Below are positions 36,152-48,943 of a stretch of DNA of 64,000 nt, one piece after another; positions within the stretch are counted from its first letter, which is position 1, and each line of letters opens with the position of its first letter. The translations under genes and the position numbers were made by a program. The notes beneath the pieces were generated by a model, which saw nothing but the letters and a program-made list of their open reading frames with translations, had not been told where the DNA came from and did not search any database. Origin of the DNA: Utricularia gibba (Eukaryota > Plantae > Magnoliophyta); contig NEEC01000002.1 of assembly GCA_002189035.1 (NCBI GenBank), positions 2,356,001 to 2,420,000 of the forward strand. Direction: 5' to 3'.

Positions 36152-37950
36152 ATGAATATCAAGAGATCCTCTTCGCATTCCTGCAATTCCTCCTCTTCTT
36201 CTTCTTCTTCCTCCTCCTCCTCCTCCTGCATCGACTCTTCTTCCACGATCTCTCATATCTCCGCGGCGATCGCAACCTACCCGCAGTCGCAGTCGAAGCT
36301 CCGTCCGAAGGCGAAGCGGAAGAAGAAGCAGGTCGCCGGTGATGACTCCACGGATTCTAATCCCAATTCCAGGAGAAGCTCTATCTTCAGAGGCGTAACC
36401 AAGTAGATTCTCCATTTTTTTCCAAATGCATGCATGGTGTTTGTCTTAATTCCTCAATGCGGTGGTCGTGCAGGCACAGATGGACGGGGAGGTACGAAGC
36501 TCACCTTTGGGACAAGACGACCTGGAACTCTTCCAGAACAAAAGAGGAAAACAGAGTATTCCTTTTTTTTATTATTATTATTAATTTGTGGAATTCACTT
36601 GCTTTTTATTGCCATTTAATGTGCCCTAATTTTGTGTTTTTCTTCCATGGGGTCCCACCAACGCCCGAAGTTTATCTAGGTAAGCCAGCGATTAACTTCT
36701 ATGGTTTAACAGTTCATCATATAAAGATTTGGGTGGTTTAAGACTTCATTAATGGCGTTCAGGGGCTTACGACGTAGAGGAAGACGCTGCAAGGACGTAC
36801 GATTTGGCCGCCCTCAGGTACTGGGGCCCCACCGCCACCCTCAACTTCCCGGTGAGTGTCATCCCACGGACCCCACGCGCGTGTGTGTGTGTCTGGTTTT
36901 CAAGCTTGAGATGCTTCTCCTGGCGACACGTGGACGTAGATTCCTGCGAAGGGTTCTCGTTCACGAGCAGTGTGCCCGCACTCCGTGACATTCACCTTTG
37001 GAATTTGCTTTGTTGTTGGCGTTGTTGGTGGAACTGATTCTGGATGCGAATCATGATGTTCTCCTTTACTGCGCGCAGAAGGAAGCGTATGTGAAGGAGG
37101 TGGAGGAAATGGAGAAATTCACGAGGGAGGAGTACTTAGCTTCCTTGAGGCGAAACAGTAGTGGGTTTTCCAGGGGCATTTCCAAGTACCGCGGCGTTGC
37201 CAGGTAAAGGGGCTCCAGTGTGCTTTGCTGGTCTCTTTTTTCTGTCGATGTTTACTTGAGCTTTTGGCGACAGGCATCATCACAATGGCCGATGGGAGGC
37301 CCGGATCGGCCGCGTCTGCGGCAACAAGTATCTCTACTTGGGAACCTACAGTACGTTCTTCTTGGCCCTTCATTCACTTGGCAGGAGCACTGGAAGGCAT
37401 CACAGCGACGCATTGTTGGTTCCGAGCAGGCACTGAGGAAGAAGCGGCAGCAGCATACGACATGGCCGCCATAGAGTTCAGGGGTGCCAATGCAGTCACA
37501 AACTTCGATATCAACAACTACGTTGGCAAGCTGAAGAAGCTCCCCGATGAGGTGAAGCAGAAAGCAGAGAAGCAGCCCACCGGCATCGACGAGGTACCTG
37601 CAGAGGAATTGCAGGATCAGAAGAACACTCTCGACGATGTGCCGAAATGTCGGCTACCGGAATTGGAGTTCATCGCCTCTGAAGGGATGGCCGACGACCA
37701 CGACAATCCATGGGATGTATGCCTGGACCTTGGCTTCGACAGCCCCTTGTTCCCCGACGTGGTAATGCTGGAGGAAGCGTCTCAGTTCTTCGACTACAGA
37801 GGGTTCGAGGACGACATCGAGTGCATCTTTGATGAGCCCTTGGGGAGCGCACTGCCGGATGCCGTGTCTGGCAACGAGGGCAAGGAGAAGGAGGCAACCC
37901 ACCAGTCGTCTTCCCCTTATTCTTCGACGTCAGTTTGCAGCAACATATGA
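36152..37950 (+). CDS. WRI1: WRINKLED1-type double-AP2 transcription factor, 7 exons including a 9-nt microexon; one apparent 1-nt deletion in exon 2
   Basis: Ser-rich N-terminus, [25 protein letters not shown], microexon TTTATCTAG (36671-36679), [67 protein letters not shown], and an acidic C-terminus (WDVCLD...[10 protein letters not shown]...TSVCSN). Confidence 0.92.
36188..36227 (+). repeat. (TCC/TCT)n trinucleotide tract encoding the WRI1 poly-Ser
   Basis: tcctcctcttcttcttcttcttcctcctcctcctcctcc, seen directly. Confidence 0.85.
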
Positions 37951-39081
37951 TGGATGCTGCAGTACGGAGGCTTGGAGGCCTGTTGATCTCTCCCGGCGCC
38001 TTTTCTTTTTTTTTTCTGTGCTTTGCTTTTCAAGAGAATAAGCACCCTCTTCCATCCCTGCATTGTGTTGTGAACTTCAATCTCGGTCAATCTGAAAATT
38101 CCAATCCATTGAATCACTGAATTACAGAATGAAAAGGCAAATCCTACCAGACCAGAAGTGCTCTCATTCAACCACCTCCCTGGCCTTTCTTAACATGAAT
38201 TTCTTGTTCATCAAGAGCATTCAAGCTTCAACCTGGACAAAACGATCCACTGCTTAAGATTGTGGTTCAAATTGTGGGATTAAAAATCATAAGCGGTTGA
38301 GAGTTCATGTCCATGAAACCATCAACTCAGTGTACCACTCTGCAGCATTATGAAATGAAGTGTTTGATAGCAACTGGAAGATTCCAGAAGCAAGCCAAGC
38401 GTCGGGCAGGAGAAGAATATCCTGCATAAAGGAAGAACCTATAACCACACTGTTTCCAAATCAAAATGCTGCAATAACGTGTATAAAGTGTCAGCACAAG
38501 AATCTCTGGTTCTGCGTAACGCAAGAAACTAGAGTATCTGACAAGCTCAAATACAAGATCAAGAAAGAGCTGGACGACTCGTTTACAAGAGAACAGCATA
38601 CGAGGGTAATGAGGATTCTTCCTTGGGTACACCACAGCTGCTTCAATATGGAAGAACAAAACAGAATGTGTATGGTGTTTACAAATGCTTGCAACAGCTT
38701 AGATACACTCTACTGAACACTGACGTCAAAGTGATGAAAAAACGATCTCCAATATGGAAGAACAAAACACATCAATTTCCAGTGGGTTGCTTACAATTTA
38801 CAGGACACGTCCAAGCATCAAAGATACAAAGAATGATGGCAATCAAGCTTATCAAATTATACTCGTAGCAAGACTAATAATCATCGAACATATCAATAAG
38901 TAAGACAAGAAACTACACAGGTCAGGAGCAATATATCACTCTGAAACACATGATCGATTAGCTGACAAGGATCGTCCAATCAACAAAGTTCAGAATGCTA
39001 TGCTGCAATACTGATTACAATTTCAGTCACATAAAGATCGAGCTCAATGAAGAATACAAAAGCGAGGCACCTGGATCATCG

Positions 39082-39699
39082 CTAACTGTCAAGGTTGCCT
39101 TGCCCACTGCGGATGCCACCACCACCGTTGCCATATGTGCCATCCTCTGGCTGCCACATCGATTGCAACGCCGGTGGTCCAGCCTGCAGATAAACACCTG
39201 GATCCATTCCAGGAAAAGCGGGTCGCGCCCATCATCGGCTGATCCATGTGTGGATAATAACAGGGAACCCCAGCAGCTGCGGCGGTCGGCACAGCCAAAA
39301 TGCCACGCAAGGTGGCCGAATCATCTACCTTGCTTTCGTGCCGCGGCACGATGACGACCAAAAACTGAAATATCGCTCTCTGCGTAATCGCATCGGCGAT
39401 GTCATCCTTCTGAAGCGTCCGCCCGCTTGTTCTCCTCGGCATGGAGCCAGGAACGAATGGTAAGCTCCAGAATGAACAGCTCGCAGGCCTTCGAGAAGAG
39501 AATAAGCCCCTCCGCCGATATCATTCGCATATCCTCATCCGTCTTCATGATCTTCTTTATCCAAGCCAGAGGCAGGTGATGATTCTTGAAATCGTCCACT
39601 CGACCTCCCGTCAATGGATCGCCCAAAACACCTGGAACTGCTGCTGGTACGGCGGCTGCAGATACGACTCCCAGCGGTGCTCTGCGGATCATTTTCCAT
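39082..39699 (-). pseudogene. NF-YC: NF-YC (NF-YC1/4-like) pseudogene
   Basis: Histone-fold motifs [26 protein letters not shown]...[22 protein letters not shown] and [10 protein letters not shown], and the tail GVP.YYP...GQGNLDS, are spread over several frames. Four frameshifts in both directions, an in-frame TGA (39613-39611), and missense at invariant sites (LARIKK to LAWIKK). Confidence 0.9.
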
Positions 39700-40525
39700 G
39701 GGCAGGTGACCGCGACGGCGAGAGAATACGATTGCGAAGCGCTTTTCAGAAAAAGGCGAGAGGGAACGTGCCTGCCAAAAGCAGGGGAAGAAACGTACAT
39801 CATACGATGCGCTACATACAAGTCGTGCTTCTGATGATTTGGCCTCTTTTCATATGAAATAATTATTTTTTTAAAATATATGATCACGATATTTTTGGAT
39901 TTTTGTAAAAATTTTATAAAATTTTTAAAAATAATTGCTAAAATTATTTTTTGAGAAACAAATTGTTTACTAACAGGAAGAATACATGCTTGAATAGAAA
40001 TATATTTCTAATTGTATACTAAGCCTTGATCTGTGTTTAAATGAGAGAGAATGAAGGTTAGTCGGTTAGATATTTGTGATGATATTTCATATTAATTATA
40101 AATAAAGTAAAATATATGTTTAAATAAAAGGATTGTATAAGATATTTTTTCAATAAAATATAACATAAAACCTTTAAATATTGAATGTTCTAAATTGATA
40201 ATATCTTAAATAACGACTAAAAATATATTTTTAAATAATGTTTACTTTAAAAAATTTTATAATAAAAAGTTTTTACTCCAAAATCAGAATAAAGTATTTT
40301 ATTAGGAGTTGAACCCTAACAAAATAGCAAGTAGACTCCTAAACGGGATGACAGAGGTGGGCACTCAGACAAAACGGTCTGCTGCGACTATCCTGCGATG
40401 CGCATGTGCAGAGTTGATAGAATAACTCTGGATCATCCAATTTCTGGTTTATGGACAGGAGAGTAGCAGTTGAATGGAGACAACTTTGGTACAGAACAGG
40501 AAGACAAAAAACTCTGGCTGCTTCA

Positions 40526-42906
40526 CTATCTCAACTTCTCTGAAGCCCCGACCCCTCTGCGCCGGCGCCACAAGTCCCACCCCATGGATGAGTAGACGGC
40601 GGACCGGGTCGTAGCCTTCCGGGGATCAACGTCTCTCCTGTTTCCGCTTCTTGAAGCTCTGGTTTTGGATGAGGAGCGCCTCAGGGATAGTGACGACTTG
40701 GGGTCAAAAATGAAGGAAGAAAAGGAGGAGCTGGCGGTGCTGAATGATGGAACTCCGTTTTGAGATGGATCCAGAGGGTGGCCGACGGCTGCGTCTTCGT
40801 GCGGCGGCGGGAACTTCTCGCTTTTGCTCCTCACTCGTGTGTCCGCCATGATTCTCATTCTCTGCACAACCAAAACAATTGACGAAAGATGAACCCAGGG
40901 TGGTGGGTAGGTGGGTAGCTAGCTGCTGTGTTTGGGGTTTTCTTTGCATGGGCTTACATCCAAGTTGACTTGGAGCTCTGCGTTGGCTTCTGGAGCGGGC
41001 ATCGCACGGCTGCCAGCTTTTCCTCGTCCTTTGTCTCGTCTACTGGGTTCTATAGCTTGAGGCTTCGGAACTCCGCTCCGCTGCCTGTAATCAGGGAACA
41101 CCGATGTTACTGTGTACGGCTAACGCCGATGAGTTTAAGACATCGGAAGATGAAGGATACTTTCTGTTTTCTTCATCCCTTATCTTTATGTCCATTTCTT
41201 TGCTTGGTGGGAACTTCGGCAGTTCCGACGGCTCACAGGGACTAGGCTCTGTAGTAAAGAACTGCACACACGAAGCAAACAAAAAACACTGTTAGAGAAA
41301 GCAGAGGGGTTTTTTTTAGCTCTCTGGAGGACATTCAGCTTCAAAAGACACAGAACGACGAACATCACTGTTCATTGCGGCGGTGGCAGTTCCTCTTGCA
41401 TCCGGATCGACGGCGAGAAGAGTTCCCATCAGGGAAAGAGCAGATGGTGGGAAATCCTTGTATGTCTCTGAGAGACAGCACTTATATGGCTGCTGTGGTT
41501 TATAGACAGTGGCATTTGGTAGTTTTGATTTCTTCCAGAATTCTTCCGACGGTGAGCCGCAGAGCTTAAATATTTTGTGCAACTGCTCAACCTACAGACA
41601 GCAAGGGAATGTTCATCAGAATGCTGCCTGCACAGCCATGAAAATGGAAATCCATGCTTCAGAACTGTAAAAGAACCTCAGTCCGCCCCGCAAAATCGGT
41701 TTTCCTGCAAGAAGCTCAGCAAGAATACAGCCAGCACTCCACAAATCAACACCAGTATCGTAATAAGAAGCTCCGAGCAGAAGTTCAGGAGGCCGATACC
41801 AGAGGGTGACGACCCGGCTGGTCATCGGTCTCTTGTGCCGCGAGTCGAAACAAGTAGCAAGACCAAAGTCAGCTATCTTCAAGTTCCCATCATTATCTAT
41901 AAGCAGATTAGAGCACTTGATATCACGGTGCAAGACACCATTGTTGTGGCAATGCTCCAACCCTGCAAGAAGTTGTTTCATGTAGCATTTGACCTGCGCA
42001 GATCGAAAAATGGGGATAAAACTGCAGGTAAATCATCAGCAGAAGGAACAGAAAACACACTGCCGGTACAATACATGATCCAATCAACTCAAATTGGATG
42101 ATGAAAGTGAGCTTCTTCAGCTTACTCACCTGTGGCTCAGTGAACTTGCCACTTTGTAGAGCTGCAAGGCCTGCAAGATCATGCTCCATGTACTCAAAAA
42201 CGAGGTATAAACTACTTGACATCCTCGATATGACCAGGCCCTCAAGCTTGATCACATTTGGATGATTCAGTTTGGTTAAAACAAGTATTTCACGAGCCAT
42301 GAACCGCACTGTTTCCGGCTCCAAGTTATCAAACCTCACTTTCTTTAAAGCCATCACCTTTCCATTGATCAAGTCCCTAACTTTATACACATTGCTATAT
42401 GTTCCTTGCCCAATCTGCAACAATTGAAATTCAGTCCATTGATTCTCAAATCTGTGTATGGGCATGGAGCAGCAGAGAACCACGGAGATAGTAGCAATGA
42501 ATAGTCAATCGCTTCCTAAAGCTAAGAAAAGCGTGGAAATGCCATTTTGTTCAAAAAGTCAATGCCCTTTTTCAGATCAAACTCTTTTACAGAGAATCGA
42601 TAGCAATGTGGATCTTTACCTTATCAAGCTTCTCAAATGTGTTTGCACGGCGGGGCTTCCAGTGCTTGATTGCGTCTCCGGCGACGTCTTTTAGCCACGA
42701 GGGCCAACCATCGTCGTTGAAGGAGACGCCCTTTTCAGATGAAACTCTGGTGGTGCCGGCTGAACCTCCTCGATCTTCCCATTATTTCGTGTCTCCGCCA
42801 GAGCCGCCACGGCGGTAGATCCCACTCCATGCTTTTCATTATCTCCCGGCGGACTAGGGCCACCATCTCCTTCGCCGGTGGCTTTTTTACCAATAACACA
42901 GCCCAT
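40526..42906 (-). CDS. CDKC-related Ser/Thr kinase (At1g54610/IBS1-like), 7 exons; two apparent 1-nt deletions
   Basis: MGC start, GWPSWL...RRANTFEKLDKIGQGTYSNVY, LHRDIKCSNLL, DFGLA, MTSRVVTLWYRPPELLLGA, VEQLHKIFKLCGSPSEEFW, K.PPSKEMD and SKSEKFPPPHED. Confidence 0.92.
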
Positions 42907-45364
42907 TTACATAAGTTCCTTTATCTCAACACCCAATTTCCCATTTTCCCCCACAGAAACAGAAATGGGAACAGAAAGAAAAAAAAATGAAATCAAATGG
43001 GTTCACTGGAGAAGCAAGCTGTGAACCCAGAAAAGCGAGATAAGCAAGAAAAACCAACGGGCAGTCAGGAGAAAAAGAAGAATAATGATGAGGAACTAGA
43101 CAAAGAAGCAGTTGTTGAATTGGACCCTACATTTAATGCTCTGTAAGGCGCACGTCTGAGCCAAGCCTCGCGTTTTCAAAACGGAGCGCATCGATGAGTA
43201 AATGCAGGCTCAGAGATTCTCAGCGGTTGTTCTTTTCTATCAATGACACCCCCAAAAGAAGAATAACCAAAAAACAAATACAGTAGCCCATCGATCCGCC
43301 ATGGGAGGACCTCCGTTTCCTCAGACTCCCATTAACACACCTCCCCACCAATTTGCACCTGGATTACGAGGAATTATGGTTCCATAAAATCCCTAATTGC
43401 CTCTCCTAATATAATATCAATATATACACATAAAAAAATCATATTTAATTTTATTTATTTATTCTAAAACAAAATATTTCCGAAATAATTGAAAGTAAAT
43501 TTTTTATACCCAATCAGAAAATCCCAAAATTTAATTTCTAAGAATGGAAATAGTAATTTTGCCGATAAAAAAAGCAAAAAATTCTTTATCCAGAATTATT
43601 TATTATACTTTTTTTTATAAATAATTACTTGTAATATCATTTATCATCGAAATCTAAATTTTAAAACAAATTAAGAAATTGAAGCAAAATTAAAAATTAA
43701 GGCAGTTAAATTATTTGATTAATAATTAAAATGGGAAATATTTTATGAATATATCGTTTGAAAACATTTTTTTTTTCATCACTATTGAACATTGTTTTTT
43801 AACTACACTCATATTTCAATTTCTAATTATTTTTTATTGAATAATATATTTGATATCTTTTTTAAAAAATATATATTTTATTGATATTTTTTGATATTTT
43901 AGAATCAATTCGAATAAAAATTTAGATTCAACAATTTATGGGTTGGAGAGACATATGAACCTAAGAATAAGTCAAAGTATAAAGATTTAGTTCAAGATTT
44001 ATGGATGAAATAAAAATTTTAAGATGATTTTGAAAGATCTAATAAAAAGTTTAGATAAAAAATATTATTCAAGTCAATCAAATAATCCCAACATGCATTC
44101 TCATATCTTATAAAGATTTGGATAAATACATATTTTAATCAAACGTTTTTTTAGTAATAAAAAAGTTTCAAATAATGAATTCTATAAACAAATTTAAATA
44201 AATAATCGTACAATTGTTGGGTATTTCTACCTAACGGTTATCCTACAAACTATTTAAAAAAATAGAATATTTTGAAAAGAGAATTTAAAGCAGAGATATA
44301 ATGCAAATTTCCTGATTGGAATACTAAAAGTACATCTTAATAATAGCCATTGATTGGTTGCGTTATGGTGCTCCTGAATTCATCGGATTCCGTCGATAAT
44401 TGCAGGCATTATTTTTTTTTCAGAAAATAATAATATTATATTCCAAGAAAAAAAATGAAAATAATTTTGAAGTAAGCCGTACATGACAGACAATTGGCGC
44501 ACATGACACAAGACAGCCCCACGTGACTGAATGTACAGCAGTCGATGCGAGTGGAGACACGACACCCCTTTCGTTACAAATTAGGATCTTGGAGACAAAT
44601 CCTTGCACAAATGGACAATTAATCTTCCCGAGTGACCCGACCCGGGTTGGACTCGTCTGAACGCATCGAAGCAAGTGTCGGATCCTCGAGGGTGAGTGGG
44701 ATTTGGGAATGATCCCAAGGGGGTTACCTTGCACGGCTGTGATGGGCTGGTGGTTGTTTGGTGTGCGCATTTGCAGCCGTATACTGAATCAGGCCCGTGA
44801 AACCGCGACCACTTGACGTCGCGTCGTTGTATTCGACCCAGAAGATTGCAGATTCTTCTGGGCATTATGGCGTGTCTCTTAAAGTCCACGGGGAGTTCAG
44901 CAAGCGGCAGAAGTAAAACCGCAACTGATGGCCAATGGGGATGCAAAGACTGGGCTCGGGAGAGACCAAGTTACAGTGTTCCTTAATCATATGATAAGGA
45001 TCCCGGGGGTTCAATCTTCGAAGTAAAAGAGTGTGTTTTGGAGAGGCTGAATGCATTTGCAGTGGCAGAACAACAGTGTTATGTTTAACAGTCACAAATA
45101 TCACCGAGTGCAGAGCTTCTGCAGGGCCAAAGGGAGTTTTGACCTGCACGTTCCCACAGCACCATTGTCAACCTTGACTTATCTGAAGCCTGTATCCAAA
45201 TGAAAAATATGTTTTATTACTTACCATATGAGATTTGCAACCTAAGGCAATTAGTCAGGTGTACTATGCTGCGTGTTTAGTGATAGCAGAGCACATTTCG
45301 ACTGACATGAAATGATAATGATAATCTGCCTCACTGAAAATGTCAGGTTGTTGAGTATGAAAAG

Positions 45365-46448
45365 TTACCATAGTGGCAGCTGCTTGGTGCAGACCTCCAT
45401 TATTCTTATGGGACAAATTTTATCAACATGTTTACATAGTTTAGAGATGGCATCTGCTGGTTTGTAACAATACTTGCTTGAATGTGAAGTCTTTTGACAT
45501 AAAGAGCATGGAGGAAAATTGTTCTTAGTTTGATTGCTCTTCCTAGTCTTGTGTGTTGAGGCCTGTGAAGATCCTACAAGTTGTATCACTTGTAGTTACT
45601 GCAGTAGAGTTAGTTTGTACCAAGAGAGTTACAATGCCACACTGAGATTCCGGTATTTTAGGTTCAAAAGATGACACAAGGGTGTGAAAGATCTTCCAAA
45701 AAATCCTGAGTTGGTTAACCACCTTGCGTAGGTTGTCAGTTCATGTTCTAGATCGGTGATTTTCAGCTATTTTTTGAGATCTTCATCTTGAAATTCGAGA
45801 TTGACTGAGTCCATATTTCTTTGGCAGTTTCACTGGTCATCATTACTCGCGGAATGACATGGCGATCAAGCAACTTCGGCAGCTCCCTTCCTGGCAAGAA
45901 GGTCTTCATATCTTACTCGTGCTACTGTGTATGCTGCTGGTTCAAGAACTGGGAGTTATTCTCAACCACATCCTACAGTCTTGTTGCTCCTATATATAGC
46001 AGCCAAATGGCATGATCTGATCCATCAAATTTTTAGACGGCTCTTGCTACAGAAGTATCCATTTCTAAGTTTGCAGAAAAATGTGCAGATTGGTGAAGGT
46101 GCCCAATGGAGAATGAGATGATTATCAGTGGAGTGATCACTGATTGAGAAGGTTGCTTTTGTGGAGCTCAAAGTCAAGCAAAAGGGCAATGGTTTCTGAG
46201 GAATTGGGGCCTTTTTTCTGATCAGTGCAATGTACCAGATTTGGAAAGAACAACTTCAATAATGAGGAAAAACGAATGGAAAGTTTGACAATGCAAGAGA
46301 TTTGCAACAGCAGACGGCAAAAAAAAGAATAATGGCTTATTAGCAACGTTTTAATACTAATCTTAGTGACTAGATTAATGAAAAATAAGGATGAAAGATG
46401 AATGGCTTTGGCTGCCACCTTGATCATGGCATCCTGCTGATTCACAAT
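45365..46448 (-). mobile_element. Degenerate Ty1/copia retrotransposon remnant (gag region, with a possible 5' LTR)
   Basis: Minus-strand translations with stops: KFDGSDHAIW...L*DVVE (about 46032-45970), VVNQLR (about 45722-45705), and a gag zinc-knuckle-like NFPPCSLCQKTSHSSKYC...DA..KLCKHVDKIC (45365-45589). A TG-starting 0.2 kb segment ending before TGGTA (46237-46233) is only a tentative LTR/PBS. Confidence 0.6.
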
Positions 46449-47346
46449 TGTGCAGGTGATTTAGCATTTAATGGGCTAGTCTTTTAAGGCCCATTTGATC
46501 AAAGGCAACATGGAGCCCATATCAGGCCTGTATATCTCGCGTCATACCCGATCCGCATAAATATGGGCTGAATGAGAATCCGGTTCTCGGATTTCATTCA
46601 ACTAATTTCTCTTCTGGTTCGTGACTTTTGCTTTTGCGATAATGAGAATAGGTTTGTGAAATTCATGGACTGATTTGCATCTTTATTGAATTTGGTCGCA
46701 ACTGAAACCAGAGGTTCGTCCCTTGGATCAGAGCTATTCGGCGGAGCTGTTTCAGGGAATCGAGATCGTGATAGGTGCTCTACTTCGGATTCTAATTTAT
46801 CAATCATTGTGTATGGGGCTGAGACTTGTAGTGTTCAAGTATTGTATTCTTGGGATTGTGAAAGCTTAGATTTCTAACGGATCGTCTTTGATACGCATGA
46901 TTGGATTAACCAGTTTCTGTTTTCCATAAGGTTAGAGCCGAGGATCCGTAAATTCTGCGAGAGCGCGTTGGTTGCTTGATCCCTAATACTTTTTTTCTGA
47001 GTTTATTTACGTTTTCTTCCCTCGTGTTTGCAGAATCTGGGTGCTGAATCTTTCCTCGGTGCCTTTGTAACATTCGGAAAAATATAATCCTACGTATCTC
47101 ACATTTTAAGGTAAAAATTTGCCCTTTCGAAGTTGATGTTGTCTTTGTTTGGTTGTTCAAATGATCTGAAAGACATATGAAGCAGACTTATTGTCAATTG
47201 ATGTTCTCTGTGTGTGCTTAGTGCTGTTGGTTACGTAATTGCTCTTCTTGTTTCACCTGACGAGACATTCTATCATCTTCTGTGGTAAAATTAGCTCTTA
47301 AAATGTAAGTTTTGTTTTAAGGTTTCTGTGTTTTTTGTTTCTTTAG

Positions 47347-48691
47347 ATGGCTTCACTTCAAGAGAGCTTGTCAAGATTTAATAAGCAGCAAGAGAAAGTG
47401 CAGTCAGTACTCACCAGCATTAGCAAAGCAAAGACAAGCTATTCTCAAAATGCTTCCTCCAAGGCTTTGCCTTCCACCTCCTCAGCACCACCAAATGCAA
47501 AACCACATGCACAACCAATTAAATTTTCAAATGATACAGAACGTCTTCAGCATATAAATAGCATCAGAAAAGCTCCCGTTGGGGCTCAAATTAAGCGTGT
47601 AATTGATTTACTCTATGAGGTACGTTTCCCCTGACCCTAGACACTAAAGGTATCCGTCCATTTTGCAGTTGCAATGTCTCCCTTTATTTTTTGGGTTCGT
47701 TTTCAATGGAGTAAAAATGGTTCCTAGATGTATGTCACGGGCATATTATAGTATGTATGATAGCTTCCCTCCCATTGTAATTGTGGAAGTTTGGTTTGTG
47801 GTATGATAAGTGGGTTGCGTTGCTTTTGCTGCTACTTTATATCCACATTGACCCCTCATGACTGGCTGATATGAATGAAATTTCTCATCTGCAGACCAGG
47901 CAAGCCTATACTCCTGATCAGATAAATGAAGCATGCTACGTGGATATGAACGCAAACAAAGCTGTGTTTGATAGTCTGAGGAACAATCCCAAAGTGACTT
48001 ATGACGGGAAAAGATTCTCCTACAAGGTAATATTTCTACCTAAACAACTGCCGGAGGGGTCATTGCAGTGAATCTCAACACTATTGCTTCTGCCTGCTCC
48101 CTATGAGGTGATTTGAAAGTGACTTATGATTTCCTTGTCGTTTTCCCAGTCCAAGCATGATTTGAAAGACAAGAATGAACTCCTTGTCCTGATCCGTAAA
48201 TTTACAGAGGGAATCGCAGTAATAGATCTGAAGGATGCATACCCTGCAGTTATGGATGATTTGCAGGTAACCGACCCCTCTTCTGCTCCAAATTCCAACC
48301 TGACAGAAGAGTATTGATTTATGGGTGACGCTCGTCTTGCTCTCTCTAGTCACTGAAGGCTGCAGGCCAAATTTGGTTGCTCTCCAACTTCGATTCTCAA
48401 GAGGACATCGCCTTCCCCAATGATCCTAGAGCAGTCATCAAGGTGGATGATGATCTGAAACAGTTGTTTCGTGGCATTGAACTGCCGCGTGATATGGTTG
48501 ATGTGGAAAAGGATATCCAGAAAAATGGGATGAAACCTGCAACAAACATGACAGAGAGGAGGGCCGCCGCGCAGGTTCATGGGATTCCTCCTAAGCCCAA
48601 GGCGAAGAAGAAAAAGCATGAAATTAGCAAACGGACCAAGCTCACCAACGCCCATCTTCCGGAGCTTTTCCAGAATCTCAATGGCTCTTAA
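47347..48691 (+). CDS. TFIIE2: Transcription initiation factor IIE subunit beta, 4 coding exons, intact
   Basis: MASLQESLSRFNKQQEK, IKFSNDTERLQHINSIRKAPVGAQIKRVIDLLYE, FDSLRNNPKV.YDGKRFSYK, DLKDAYP, LSNFDSQEDIAFPNDPR and KLTNAHLPELF. Confidence 0.93.
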
Positions 48692-48943
48692 CGGCGTCGT
48701 TTACTTGCTGTCTATATGGAAGAAGCCCTCTCTGATCCCGATGTTGCTGTGATCAGTGATGATGCTGGAATTCCATTAGCCACCGTGTCGGAAAACCCCC
48801 AAAAAAGGAAAAGAAAAAGTCATCCTTGTTTTCAAATTTCCTGGTTCTAGAGTAGTCGATTGTAATTTCGAGTGAATTGCCGCCCCTTACAGAAATCCAC
48901 TTACCCTTGCGCTTCTCGCACTAGTCGCTCACTTGCGTCGTCA

